Shown piece by piece: positions 37,369 to 49,600 of a stretch of 64,000 nt of DNA. The position numbers and the translations under genes are program-made. This DNA is from Rhizaria sp. SCN 62-66 (taxonomy: Eukaryota). Numbering within the stretch: the stretch's first letter is position 1; every line of letters begins with the position of its first letter. The stretch is from positions 62,001 through 126,000 of the forward strand of contig MEDY01000021.1 of assembly GCA_001724265.1 (NCBI GenBank), given 5' to 3'. Under the pieces are notes generated by a model. The model did not search any database, was not told where the DNA came from, and was given only the letters and a program-made list of their open reading frames with translations.

Positions 37369-37888
37369 GTTAGTTGATGAGGCAGACTCGCTGAGGGACT
37401 TGAAGGGACTTAAGCAGTTTATCATAATGAGATTTCCAGCAATACGTATGCACACCCATTCACATATACAATTAACGCCAACCTACAGGAAGACGACTTA
37501 AAACATTGCACATGCAACTGTATGTTGCGTTTTATCTTCAGTATTTATCACACCGATCATGAAATGACAGTGTACAATCTGAAGACACTACGGATTGCAC
37601 GCAAAAATACATATATTTTATGCTAAGCATTGTGCCACACTGTTTCAACGCGGTTTGCAGTTATATCATAAATTATATTCGTACGTATACCGCTAGATCT
37701 TGTCGATAGTCGTTGTGCCCGCCTCCCGACGCCAGTTTAAGATTGATGCCAAATTCCATGTACAGTCCGTCAATAGATAGATCGCGACACCACAGAACAT
37801 ATTGTTAAGTAACATGCATTGAATTTATATTATGTTATTCCCGCTCACTGTTTCGTCCTCTGGATACCATATTCTTTTCTCAGGGAGG

Positions 37889-40800
37889 ATGTCACAAACA
37901 TGGCTCGAGGAATCGGGCTTGTTGGACATCTTCTACGCACATGAAACGACAAGCTCGACAGGATCACACCGTCAAACTGTTGAACAGTGTATTGCACGCG
38001 CATTGCGTGCTATTTCCGAACTTGAGTCCGCAGTAGAGACTCCACATGCAGGGTCAAATCCAACTGCGGTCGCCGACAAGACGCTCGCATCCCTCTTCTG
38101 TTATGATGACTCAGACAGTCAAGACTGCGAGGCTGCGGGATGGGTGAGCTCAGCTCCGCGCACCACTTTTAGTTCCGCCCACTGTGGCCCCAGTGCGCGC
38201 GCTAACCGCCATCTGCGCCCGTGCCAGCTCCTCTATGTCATCTGCGCTCTAGCGTCACCAACCTCAGCGTCGTCATCTTTAGCAGGGACACAGGCAGCAT
38301 TCCGAGACTCCATCGTTCATCATCTTATGGACATTTTTACGCGACATTGCGCCACAGCCGAGACCGCAGTGCTTGCCGCGCTCGCAGCTCTCGTGGCGCC
38401 CCCGGGCCCTGCGGCGGCTCTGCTGCCCCAGTGGCTGTCGCCAGTGCTGGCCGGTCTCTGCGCAACAAACTCTGACGACGCAATTAACGCCACACACGGA
38501 TCATTTTCGACCGCATTAGACTCATTAGTGTCTGCCATTGAGACGCTTTTCTCAGCAGTGTATGTTGCAACTCGCTTCACTGCGATCTGTAACCGTCATG
38601 ACGCTGCGCTGCTCACTGCAAGTCCTGCTCTGTGGCGCGCAACGACAGCTGCTGCGGCATCGCTAGCCCGCGTTGCCCCCGCATTGAATTCACTTCTGCC
38701 AGCCTTGCGCGCGCTTTCTGTCGCCGGAGCAACGCCCGCGCACGAGAGCTTAAATACATCAGCGAGTGAGTCGACGGTTGCGGACGTCTTACTTGCTGGT
38801 TACTCGCTTGTTGTCGATGCTGGGGCGCATTGCGTTGATTTCGCCGACGCCGCTGCAGTTGCTGAGCGCGCGAGCGTTGCCGTCGGTGCACTCAGCCGCA
38901 CCCTTGTTGCAGCCGCCACAACTGTCACACCAACAGCTGACGGTGAGAGAGCATTACGCGCCTGCCAGTCTGCATCTTCACTGCTCCAGCAGATGTTACT
39001 TGAGATAGGCGCTCCCGCAACGCCGTCGCTGGTTGTTACAGCGACGCTGCGACGGAGTATTCCTGGACTCGGTACCGCGTGCACTACAATTAGTGACGTG
39101 GTCGTCTTGTTTCACACGCTTTTCACCGGAGGCGCGATAACCGCGGGCGTTGCAACAACAGCAGCGGGGACACCATGGTTGTTTGAAACCGCGCGCGCCT
39201 TGCTTAACTCTGTGACGACTGCAGTAAACACGGCAGCCAAGACTCAAGATGCGACTGTAGAGTGCGCCGTGACGGCGCTTGCGATTGTGCTGGAATCGAC
39301 GGTTGCGGCGATCGCAGCATCGGTCTCTCCGGCACCTCTCCCGTACACGGCAGCTGAGTCGGGAGCTGAGAGTCAGGCAGATCCTGATACTGTCCGCATG
39401 GTGAGCGCACTGGCACCGTGTGCGTGGGAGACACTCTCTCCAGTTGCCACGCCGTCTAAGGGAGCAACGGCGGTCACATCTACAGCAGGAGCAGCAGGGC
39501 TGCATTGGCAAGCTACGTGGCGCGAGTGTGCAGCCGCACTGTCTGCCCTTCTTGCAAACACCGCCCACGCGACTCCGCGTGACCAACAGCTGCAACAGGA
39601 TCCGCTGCAGAATGCGGCGTCCCTGCTGCAGCAGCGCGCGCGAGCTGTGGCGCGGCGCGCTGCTGCCGTTGGCGCGACGGCAATGCGCGCCGCAGCGCTC
39701 TATGCAGCCGCTCTGAGTCACGCCGTGCGCACCGTCGCGGAGGCAGCAACAGTCATGCTAACGCTTGCGCAACAACAAGCCGTGGCTTCTGCTATGCTAG
39801 AGTCCCTTACACCTGCACTTTCCGACTCGAGCTCTCAGACTCACTCGCTGTTCACTGCGGCCGCCATGCTGCAGACGCCTGAGGTGCAGAGCAAACTTGC
39901 TCGCGCGTTACTTTCGCGTGGCAACGCATTCATGGAGCATAGACATGATGTTGCGGCGACTAATTCGACACAAGCGGCGGCGCGCAAGGCGTTTGAACGT
40001 GCTCTTGCAGCTGCACGAGCTGCACTTGGCGGACTCTTTGCAATGGCGAAGGCGAGCGTTGCTGTGTTCGAGCTTCCTGTAGGAAATGACCAAGTCACTT
40101 TCACAAAAGACATTACTTCTCTGACTGATGTTGTGATGCTATCATATGCGGACGCGTGCGTTACTGCACTCGAAAACACACAAATGCCGACGCCCCTGCA
40201 ATCAAGCGACACACTACTGTGCAATACCGTGTCGCACCAGCTGCGCGCGCAAAGCACGTGGGCTGGGATGCTGGCGCTTTCTGCTGTTGCGGACGCGATC
40301 AGTAATCACGCGGCTTACTTAGCACCTGCAACAGAGGCGATTGTTTCTGCAGCTTTCACATTTGCCGAACGTGATGTTGTCGCCCACTCAAGCCTGTATC
40401 GCAACGACTCAGATGAATTTGGTTCTAACGTTTGCGGATCTGATGTTGCTGCAGAGGATTATGACAGCGTGACTAGTCCTGTTATCAAGCGCGCGCGTCT
40501 TGCCGTTTCCAGCCAAATGAAGCCCTGGCAATCTCACGAGTCAGAGTCACGGCGCGTCGTGTTGTTAACGTTACATACGGTTGTGTTACGTGCGGTGCGC
40601 AGTGTGGCCCTGCTGCACACTGCTGAGTCAATTTTACCTGCACCACAGCAACAGCAACCGCTAGGGCGGGCTGCAGCGCTTTTGCAGTCAGTGGAGCCTT
40701 TCCTCCGTGCGCGCTCAGAGGTTGAGGCGTGCGCACGCTTGTGGTGGCACAATCGCTCTAAGCCGACTCCCTCTGCGAGTCATGTTGCTACGGAGGCTGC

Positions 40801-43141
40801 CCGCGCCCAGGTCGGTTCTGTCACCAGAAACGCTGCCGGCACTGTCGGGGCGTTGTGCACGACGGGGCTGTGCGCCACAGTGTCCCTGCTATGCACCGCG
40901 GCACCACATGACGCACCGGCGCTACACGCGATTGCTGCCGCGTTTACAGGCACATTAAGCACCACTCACACTGAGTCAACAGCGCCGATGAGCGCAGTTG
41001 TTAGACCGTTTGCATCGTTTGCGACTGAGCTTGTGAGCGCACTTTTGCGCAGGGCTAATCTCATGCCACCAGCGACCGCAGTTAATGGAGCGACCACGCA
41101 GACCGAGTTATCGCGCACTGCGTTTGCTGTGCTTGCTCCACTGCTGTTATCAACTCCGCAAACTTCACTGCAAAATTTGCCTCATGACGCAGTTTTGGTG
41201 AGCGCCATGCTTCAGCGAGTCTGGGCGCGCTCGCTACCGCTGCAACGACTTGCTGCAGACTGGACTGCGGGTGCCGCAGACCAGCTGTTGCTACAGATAA
41301 CAACATCACTGCTTGCTCCTCACGAGGGCTCTGCATCCACAACAATGACGAACACGACGTCTCCTTTTACAGCCATGCTGCCACTTGCAACCGCCCCGTT
41401 GTCTCTGCTGCTTTCGCCTTTTCTGAGTGAAACCGATGCTGAGGCGTCGGCGCCTGTCATTGCGTCTGCAGTCGTCAGCGCAGTGGAAGACAGTTTGAAC
41501 GCAGATGTTGACTGGGGCGATTTTGACTCAAAGGCGGCGCAAGCATGTGCGCGAGCTGAGACTGCCATTAGCTCAGGGCTCGCAGTTGCACCTGCGGCGC
41601 TGCATCATTTCTCGACTGCAATGACTGCACTCGCTATCAAGACGACCAGTGTCTCGGTAGTAGGTGTGTGTCGCGCTGCGCTTGTGCGTGCAGTTGCGGC
41701 GACGCAGCAAAACGAAACTAACATCTCCGCCGCGTCTATTGCAAGCGTAGAAGCGTGTGCAATCTCGTCTGCTTTATCGGTTGTGGGCATCGACCCCAAC
41801 GCCGCAGCAACTGCTTCTATTGACGCCGCGACGTTTGCGACATTGCTCCCATGGCAACATCTTAACCCATCAGATGCAGCAGAATTTACAAGTGCACTTG
41901 CGCTTGCTTCTGGTCGTGCTCTGTTCCCGTGGCTTGCACTTGCACCCCCAGCCGCAACTCTCTTGTTACCACCTCTCTCGGAAGCCAAAACCGAGACTGT
42001 TGTTGATTCGAAACCGCTCGCACCCGTGCTTGCGACTCTTGCTTCTCCAGCGCACTGGGCTCTTGCCACTGTGACTGTGCGCGCACTGACTGCCGCAGTT
42101 GCGCACTCTTCACGTCCCAGTCAGGGTGCTGATGGTGATGCGAGGGTGGACGCTGTCACGGCTGCACTGGCCGATGCTGAGCCCGGAGCGTCCCTCGCTG
42201 CTTTGCCTGCCTTTGCCTCCACGGGCAGCCCTACCGCTGCCATTGTTGCGTTGATCGCAGCAGCTCTAAGCGGACTCGCGCACTGCTTGCCGCAGTGCCC
42301 TCGCATCTGTATCTGCAAGCATGGCGTTGGGAATAACGTCAATGAGAATAACGGAGCTGCGGACGCTGAGCGCAATTGCGACGAGGACAACCGCTTTGTT
42401 TCTGCGTTGAGGGACGCTGCGGCAGCTGCTGCAAGCTCAGCTGCCGCCGCTGCTGTTGCTGAGGATGCTGGATCGACTGCAAAGGCCGCTGCATCAGCTG
42501 CCGTTGCAGATGCGGCTGCTCGTGCACTGGAAACGACGAGCAACGACAGCTTGACAGCAGCTGACAATGCGTGCTCTGCTCGTGCGCTACTTCCACTTTT
42601 AGCGCCGTTGTGGCGCTCTTTGTGCGCGTTGCTGACCACTCTGCTGACTTCATCATCATTTGCGGCTGCGACAGTCACGAAGTGTGAGACATCCGCCATG
42701 ACTGACAGCCCAGTGGTTGTGAGTAGCGAGCTCACTAGGACTGTGATCGAAGCTGCAGCCGCAGTGAGCGTATGGGCCCGCGCGTGCAATCCGCCCGCAC
42801 AGCTCATACCAGCAGCGCTGAGTGTGGCAGCAGGCTCGCTTTCCTCCATCGCAGCTGTTACTGCGACAACAACTACCACGGACAGTGCTCTTACCATGAC
42901 ACCTTCAGCGTTAGGCCGCACCCTTGCAGATGCAGTTGCTCCACTTGGTTTACTGCGGATTGCCCCTGCGCTGGCCTGGAGTTTGGACACTGGGGCTGCG
43001 CTAACTGCAGTGAAAGCCGTGGTGCGGGCTGAGGCAAGGCGGGCTGGTAGCGACGTCGCAGCCATTTTAACTGAGCTGGCGAAGACTGAAGCTACAAATA
43101 TTATTGAAGATTACTTAGTTGGATCTGCTATTAACAAATAA
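37889..43141 (+). CDS. Large Ala/Leu/Thr-rich hypothetical protein, possibly a helical-repeat fold (~1750 aa)
   Basis: Uninterrupted 5.2-kb ORF between AT-rich spacers. ATG follows TTTTCTCAG. NLS-like PVIKRARL. No recognisable family motif. Confidence 0.7.
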   Translation: MSQTWLEESGLLDIFYAHETTSSTGSHRQTVEQCIARALRAISELESAVETPHAGSNPTAVADKTLASLFCYDDSDSQDCEAAGWVSSAPRTTFSSAHCGPSARANRHLRPCQLLYVICALASPTSASSSLAGTQAAFRDSIVHHLMDIFTRHCATAETAVLAALAALVAPPGPAAALLPQWLSPVLAGLCATNSDDAINATHGSFSTALDSLVSAIETLFSAVYVATRFTAICNRHDAALLTASPALWRATTAAAASLARVAPALNSLLPALRALSVAGATPAHESLNTSASESTVADVLLAGYSLVVDAGAHCVDFADAAAVAERASVAVGALSRTLVAAATTVTPTADGERALRACQSASSLLQQMLLEIGAPATPSLVVTATLRRSIPGLGTACTTISDVVVLFHTLFTGGAITAGVATTAAGTPWLFETARALLNSVTTAVNTAAKTQDATVECAVTALAIVLESTVAAIAASVSPAPLPYTAAESGAESQADPDTVRMVSALAPCAWETLSPVATPSKGATAVTSTAGAAGLHWQATWRECAAALSALLANTAHATPRDQQLQQDPLQNAASLLQQRARAVARRAAAVGATAMRAAALYAAALSHAVRTVAEAATVMLTLAQQQAVASAMLESLTPALSDSSSQTHSLFTAAAMLQTPEVQSKLARALLSRGNAFMEHRHDVAATNSTQAAARKAFERALAAARAALGGLFAMAKASVAVFELPVGNDQVTFTKDITSLTDVVMLSYADACVTALENTQMPTPLQSSDTLLCNTVSHQLRAQSTWAGMLALSAVADAISNHAAYLAPATEAIVSAAFTFAERDVVAHSSLYRNDSDEFGSNVCGSDVAAEDYDSVTSPVIKRARLAVSSQMKPWQSHESESRRVVLLTLHTVVLRAVRSVALLHTAESILPAPQQQQPLGRAAALLQSVEPFLRARSEVEACARLWWHNRSKPTPSASHVATEAARAQVGSVTRNAAGTVGALCTTGLCATVSLLCTAAPHDAPALHAIAAAFTGTLSTTHTESTAPMSAVVRPFASFATELVSALLRRANLMPPATAVNGATTQTELSRTAFAVLAPLLLSTPQTSLQNLPHDAVLVSAMLQRVWARSLPLQRLAADWTAGAADQLLLQITTSLLAPHEGSASTTMTNTTSPFTAMLPLATAPLSLLLSPFLSETDAEASAPVIASAVVSAVEDSLNADVDWGDFDSKAAQACARAETAISSGLAVAPAALHHFSTAMTALAIKTTSVSVVGVCRAALVRAVAATQQNETNISAASIASVEACAISSALSVVGIDPNAAATASIDAATFATLLPWQHLNPSDAAEFTSALALASGRALFPWLALAPPAATLLLPPLSEAKTETVVDSKPLAPVLATLASPAHWALATVTVRALTAAVAHSSRPSQGADGDARVDAVTAALADAEPGASLAALPAFASTGSPTAAIVALIAAALSGLAHCLPQCPRICICKHGVGNNVNENNGAADAERNCDEDNRFVSALRDAAAAAASSAAAAAVAEDAGSTAKAAASAAVADAAARALETTSNDSLTAADNACSARALLPLLAPLWRSLCALLTTLLTSSSFAAATVTKCETSAMTDSPVVVSSELTRTVIEAAAAVSVWARACNPPAQLIPAALSVAAGSLSSIAAVTATTTTTDSALTMTPSALGRTLADAVAPLGLLRIAPALAWSLDTGAALTAVKAVVRAEARRAGSDVAAILTELAKTEATNIIEDYLVGSAINK

Positions 43142-43626
43142 GCTGTTATATAGTCTATAGAGCGCGAAATACTACTTAAATACATATTATTGTCTTTTTT
43201 GTTCCCAACAACTTGGGATTATATTTGGACCGGTTCGCAAAAAGTCGAGCCTGGCATTTGGAGCAGCCAGTCGACAAGCTTCTCCGAGTTTGCATGCGAC
43301 ACCAGCTCGTGATTATACATTTATTATATATGTTTTCTTTTTTCAGTGTATTATTATGCATGCTTACCATTAATCTATTCTACGGACACCTATATACGGT
43401 TCACCCTAGTTTCCGCCACTCCGCTAACACGTTCCTCCTCCCCTCCGTTGTCTAGTTGCTCGGTAGCGATCGTTTACCAACAGGGTTGCCTTGTTGAGCG
43501 ATATATTCATTTCCTAGACCTACTTGGCTTGTGTAGTACCGTTAGATAGCCGCGTCCGGCTTCTTGCCTGCACTGCGATTGCGCTACACTTCCCCCTTTA
43601 ACGGGCCTCGCCCCGTCTCGACCGGA

Positions 43627-46600
43627 ATGGTGCCCGCGCGTCGCGCCGGCCTGCAGGCCCGCCGAATGGGGTTACACGACTGCATAGGCGCGCGTCTGCT
43701 TGTAACAGCTATGATGCTTGCTACCGCCGTGTTGCTATTCCTAACCTCATGCGCATCAGCCGCCAGCGACACTGCACTGGGCACGTCACTCCCCGTAACA
43801 ACCCTTGCTGCTTTAAACGCCTCTGCCGCCCGCGCCCCTCTCCGGCCCTTGAACCTCTCTGCCATGTTTCCCTCGCTGCAACATGCAAGCCTTCTCGGAC
43901 CAATGCCGCTAGGCGAGGCACTTGCGGCGTTACATTTGGACGATGATGCTGATGGCGACACCTCTGCGGACCTCACATTTCCTTCAGCATGCGACGACGA
44001 CTTTGCCAAGTTTCTCAACCTGGTGCCACCGTACTCGGGCATTGCCGGTACGCGCATGTCGAGCTCGATCGGCCAGAGCTTTGGTGATCTTGGTGACCAC
44101 GCACTGTGCACTACTGTCGACGTCGCGCGCTACGCCTGGGTATCGTTCACCCTCCTGCCGATGTCGCAAGCTGTTCATTTGTCCCTCGGTCTCTGTCTCC
44201 CGCGCTCCTGCAACTCGCGCACGATCCCCAACGCTGTCGCGGTGTTTGTCGGCGATCGCACGGGCACGAAGCTTACGCCCGACGACCTTGTCGCGTATGT
44301 CCCGCACATGGGCCGTTTCTCCCGCCCGCTCGCCGCACAGGGACTCATGTTGCTATGGTGTCTCCTCACGCCCGTGCTACTCGCGACGCTGATTCACGTT
44401 GCACAGCTTCGCCGCTGGTGGACATGTTGCCCGCGCTCGTGCGCCACCGCCGCGCGCCGCTCCGACACGGACTCCGCCTCAGGAGACGCCGCCGGTGCCG
44501 CTGGCTACGTCACCGCCTCTGCCGCGGCGGCTGCTGCGGCAGCGGCTGCGCGGCAGGAGATGCTGCTCTACGCGCCCCGCGCCACCGCGGTTCACGGCGG
44601 CCGCGCCGGCGCTTCGGCCTCGGCCGGCGTAGTCTCCACGTCGGGCTCCGTTCTCGTGGGCGGGGCAGCGCCGTCATACTCGGTGCCAGCTGCGCCTGTC
44701 TCTACAGTCTCCGTGCCGTCGTCCTTGGCTGCCGCAGCCGCTGCCGCCGCCGTGGCCGCTGCGGGCGCGGGCGCGGGCGCCGGCGCCGGACTGGGCGGCG
44801 TCGGCGTCGCTGGCGCGCTCGCGGGCCCCGGCGGCGCTGCGGGCACTTCACTGCTCTCGCGTCCGCTGCAACCCTCTGCCGCGGCCGCCGTCGTTGGAGC
44901 CGGCGCGACGTCGTCTCTGTGGGCGACCACGTCTAACGACAACGAGGACGACGTGACGGGCCTTGCGGCGTACCGCGAGCGCTACACAGACCGGTACAGC
45001 GACCGGTATAACGACCGGTACAGTGACCGGTACAGTGACCGGTATAGTGACCGGTACAGCAACGGCGGCAGCGCCGCGGCCGCACACGGCGGCTACGGCA
45101 GCACTGCGGGCGGCTCAGACGCCGTTTCGCCCTCATACCGGTCGTCACACATGCTGCCCGCGCTGCTGGACGGGCCCCACGTGGCGTCCACGGTCGCCGG
45201 CAGCAGCTCCAGCGCGTCCAGCTCGAGCTCCGGCAACGGCGGCAACGTGCACTCCCACGCCTATGGCCACGGTGCCGTCGGCGCTGGCGCCGGCGTCGGC
45301 GGCGCGCCCGGCGGTGCGGGTGGCCTTGGCGGCGCGCTCACGGGTGCTGGTATGCCGACTGTGACCGTGCTTGGTGGCGCCGGTGCGGGCCTCGTTCCCG
45401 GCGTTGGCGTCACGGGCGCGATGCCCATGCACGTGCGCGGCGGCGCGTTTGGCGATGTTTCGCAACATAATTACCAATATTCTCGTCCTCATACGTCTGG
45501 ACATGGCCACGGTCCCCATGGAGGCAGTCTGTACCGCGCCGGCAGTGCTGCTGCGGGCAACGATGACGACTACAGCGGATTTGACTCGCGTCCGGTGTCG
45601 TCGACGGATCCCCGCGCACTTGATATCTTTGACGCACATTTGCAGCGCAACAAAGAGCAAGAACAGCAGCAGATTATGTTGCATCATGATCACGAAAAGC
45701 ATCTTCGAGGTGCGCAATTACACCCTTCACCTGCGCAGAATGAACTGGCACTTGCTTCCACCGCGTCTCCTGCCATGTCATCGTCGTTGTCGGTGCCTGT
45801 ATCAGACTCTGCGACTGTCACTGTCACCGGCGCTGGCTATGTTCCCCCGAATCCCTGGAGCACCCCGCCAGTCGCGGGCTCTGTCGCATCTTCGACTGGC
45901 AATGCGTTGGCCAAGGACGGTGCTACATCAGCCTCTTCGTGGCTCAACGCTGGACCTATCGCGGCGACTGCGAGCGGCGGCTATCCTCAGTCAATCTCCG
46001 GCAACGGCTCGACGACTGGCGCTGGTTCCAACGCAGGTACCGGCACAACTGCTGGGACGGGAGAGACCCAGTACGCGCGTTTGCTGGACTCGGACTCTGA
46101 CCTTCAGCGGATGCACGCCGGCAGGAGCGATTTGACAGGCGACGTGACTGCAAATGGCACTGCCCCGTCGCGTGGCGCGTTGCGTGGCGGCAACCGCGAC
46201 GGAGCGAACTGTGACGAGCACGCTCGCCTCGGGAACGACCGCCAGTTAGGCCCTGCTCCCGAGGGCTGCCTCTTCGTCGACCCCTCCCGTCCGCCTCTGT
46301 GGCCTGTGACGATTTTCTCGCTTGTCTCGTCGTTTGCGCACGCATTCGCCGACCACGTCGTGTCTGCACGCGCGTTGCCCGCTCATGGAGCGACCCTGGG
46401 GCGTGCTACATACGCGGAACCGCTTGATTTGCACCCGTTGCTCCGCGGTCCCTTTGTCTCCCCGCTGCTTCTCTCGCTGTCGTTAACGAACACCGGCGTC
46501 GCTGCCGCTGCTGCGTCTGACCCCATCATCCGCCTGCTTGATGTGCACACATCCGGGGCACCGCTGACCGCGCGCACGTATCTCTCCGCGCTGCACTGGC

Positions 46601-49600
46601 TTAACACGCGCGACCCGCGGTCGTTTGCGCTCGCTCCGGAGAGGGATGTGGCTGTCGCGAACGCTACGGCGCTGAAAAAGGCGGACGAGTTGGCTGCCGC
46701 AGCTGCTGCCGCTGCCGCTGCCGCTGCGACTGCCGCCGCAGCAGCAGCAGAAGCCGCGGCCGCAGCCGCCGCAACTTCGCCAAATGGCTCAGGAGGCTCG
46801 TACAGCAACTTCAACGGCAACAACGGTAGCGGTAACGCTGGGCAGTCGTACAGGCAGGAGCCGTCGGTGACGTCTGCGCAAGTGCGCGCGCAACAGCTTG
46901 CACTCGCGATTGGGTACATTCAGGCTTACGTGCAGGGCTGCGTCCAACCTGACCAGCAACAGCAACAGCAACAAGATCAGCAACAACAACAGAATCAGGG
47001 CAACTACGGCGAGTTTAGCGGTGTTGAACTTGAATCAGGCCAGCCTCCTGCTGGCGCGGCGGTTGCGGTGGGAGACGTCACGAACGGAAGCATTAACGAG
47101 TCGTTTGTGCAACATGGTAACGGTTATAACAATAATAACAATAACGCCGGTTACTACGGAGTGCCTGTGACGGATAACATCAACTCTCATCAGTTCCACC
47201 GTCTGTCGGGCAGTAGTGACGGCAGCAGCAATAACGGTTGGTATGCCAACAATAACAATAACAACAATATTGTGAGTACCAACGAGGCCCACAGTGGCGT
47301 TTTATCCGACGCTAACGTCAACATCAACGGTCTGACCTTCCCCAGCAACGTGACACCCGCAGCAACGGCCTCGCATAAGAGCGCGCTCACTGTCTCTGGC
47401 GCGTCTGGCACGAGTTACGGTGTCGCTCTGCCGCCCTTGTTCCCTCCGTCCCCGCCTGCTGCCACCGAATCAGGCCTTCTGCCATGCGGCTTAACATCGC
47501 TGTCCGCGGTTTGCGGCGCCGAGCAAGAGCATCTTCTGTTGGCGTCCACAACCGTCGCTTCGAGCGCGGCCGCCGGGCGCGCAGTGCCAGCCGCGCACTA
47601 CACAGGCGTTTCCTCCTCCGCGGTCGCCGGCAGCGGCCAGCGTGCGTTGGTCGGACTTGGAACTGCGGCTACAGGGGGTATTGCCGGTGGGGTTCGCTCA
47701 GTGGGGGCCCACGGCGACGACGCTTACGGCAGCAACGACTGGTACGTGCACGAGCCTGCGACAGTGCGCTGCGGCAGTGGCGCGGGTGATATCGGCGACG
47801 TGAACACTGACTACGACGATGACGACGACGAGGAGGGCGGCGATAATGGCGAGAGCAGGAGACTGCGTCCCGGCTTTGGGGCGCGTTCGCAGCTGCTCAA
47901 GCGGCGCCGTCCCAACTACATGCGTCTGCTGTTTGGCACGGTGCCGCCGGTGCTGCAGGCGTCGCCGCTGCGCGCGCTGCACGGCATGCGTGTGTTGGCA
48001 GTTCTATGGTCTTTCCTCGGCATGTCCACCATGTTCCTCTACGTTTTCACCAAGAACCAGGTGTATTTCGAGTACGGCATGGAGCACCACATTAGCTTCC
48101 AGCTCTCTGCCTCCGCGCATTTTGCGTTGGACGTGATGCTCGTTCTCTCAGGCTTCATGCTCTTGCACTCGCACTTGGTCCGCGTCGAGCGCCGCCAACG
48201 GAACCCGCTGCTGTGGGCAGTACTGCGCCGTTTGTCACGAGTGTACCCTGTGCTCGCCATCACCGTGCTCGTGTGGACCGCGATGTATGACAGCTTTTCC
48301 GGTGGCCCGCTCTGGGTGCTCGCCACGACCATGATCAATCGTTGCTCCCGGCCGTGGCTTGTGCTCGCGATGGCTGGCAACTTGCCCATCTGCAACCAGT
48401 ACGATTACTTCCCCGAGAAGGGCACCATCGGCCGTGGTACTTTCGCCGACGGCTGCATGCGTTGGCTCGCTCCCGTCTCGCTCCTGATTCAGCTCTCGAT
48501 TCTCTCACTCCCGCTCATTTCACTCTGGCAGCGCTTCCCGCGCGCCGGCGTCGCAGTGATGTCGAGCATCGCTGTCGCGAGCGCGATTGCTGCCGGTGTC
48601 TCGATCGCAGTCTTCGAGGCATCTCCGAATCTCATCGATGAGGTGGAGTACGCGCGCTACCTAGCCCACGTGTTCCTCCAGCCGTGGACGCGTGCGTGCC
48701 CGTTCTTGGTCGGCATGCTCGCGTGCATCGTGTACGACCACCTGCACCGGCGCCGCATCGATCTCATCCACACCGCGGCCCTCGCGCGCGTCATCGGCGC
48801 CCCTGCTGTCGCCGCGCACGCCGCGATTTTGCGCATTGCCGCTGCAGCGCCGTATGGACAAGTGATGTCCCCTGCGCACAGTCCCGACTTGCTGGCATTG
48901 CAGTTCCCGGGGCTCTACCACGCCTCGCTCGCGGCCGCTGCGGCCACGGAGACCTCACTGGACGCGTACACTGCTTCCGCGCGCCGTGTTCTCCGTGACG
49001 TCGTCGGCGGCCTCGCGCAGTGGGGCCAGTGGGATCCCGCGTCAGCGGCCGCGCACGGTATCAGTGGCATCCACGGGTCCGCGCTGACCGGCAGCGCAGG
49101 AGCCCCAGTCACACCGACAGACGACGGCGGGAGCGCCGGCATTGGCGGCGGTGCTGCCGGCGCGGTCGAGAACCGCTCGCTCAAGGCGCGTCGCAAGATG
49201 CTTGCGCGCCGTGGCAAGTCTGCGTTCCTCGACGTCCGTCTCTGTGGGTTCGAGTTGCCGTTTAACCTCGTGTATTCGGTGCTTCACGTCTCCGGGTGGC
49301 TTGTCGCGACCACGATTGCCTTTGCGCCGGTTGCGGCTTATCTCTCTGACTCGGGATGGACCCGTGAACAATGGATCACGTTTGAAGTTCTTGCACGGCC
49401 TATTTTCGCACTTGCGATTGGCGCTATCGTGCTTGTGCTGTGTCTTGGACATGGCGGATGGGTTCAGTCGATGTTGTCGCTGCGTGCACTGCGTCCTATT
49501 TCGCGTGTGTCATTTTCGGCGTACCTTGTGTTCCCGTTTGTGGTCATTTTTAACTACGCGACAAATGGCGCACTGCACTACTACTCGCCGTTGTATGGCA

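Noticed and set aside
37365-37883. GTGAGT donor overlapping the TPS stop, which could splice TPS to the next gene
   Set aside because: Joining to the AG at 37883 is out of frame, and the TPP-like terminal motif already ends at the TGA.
44989-45060. CRISPR-like array
   Set aside because: Contiguous 12-bp units without spacers, in frame within a eukaryotic CDS, and no cas genes.
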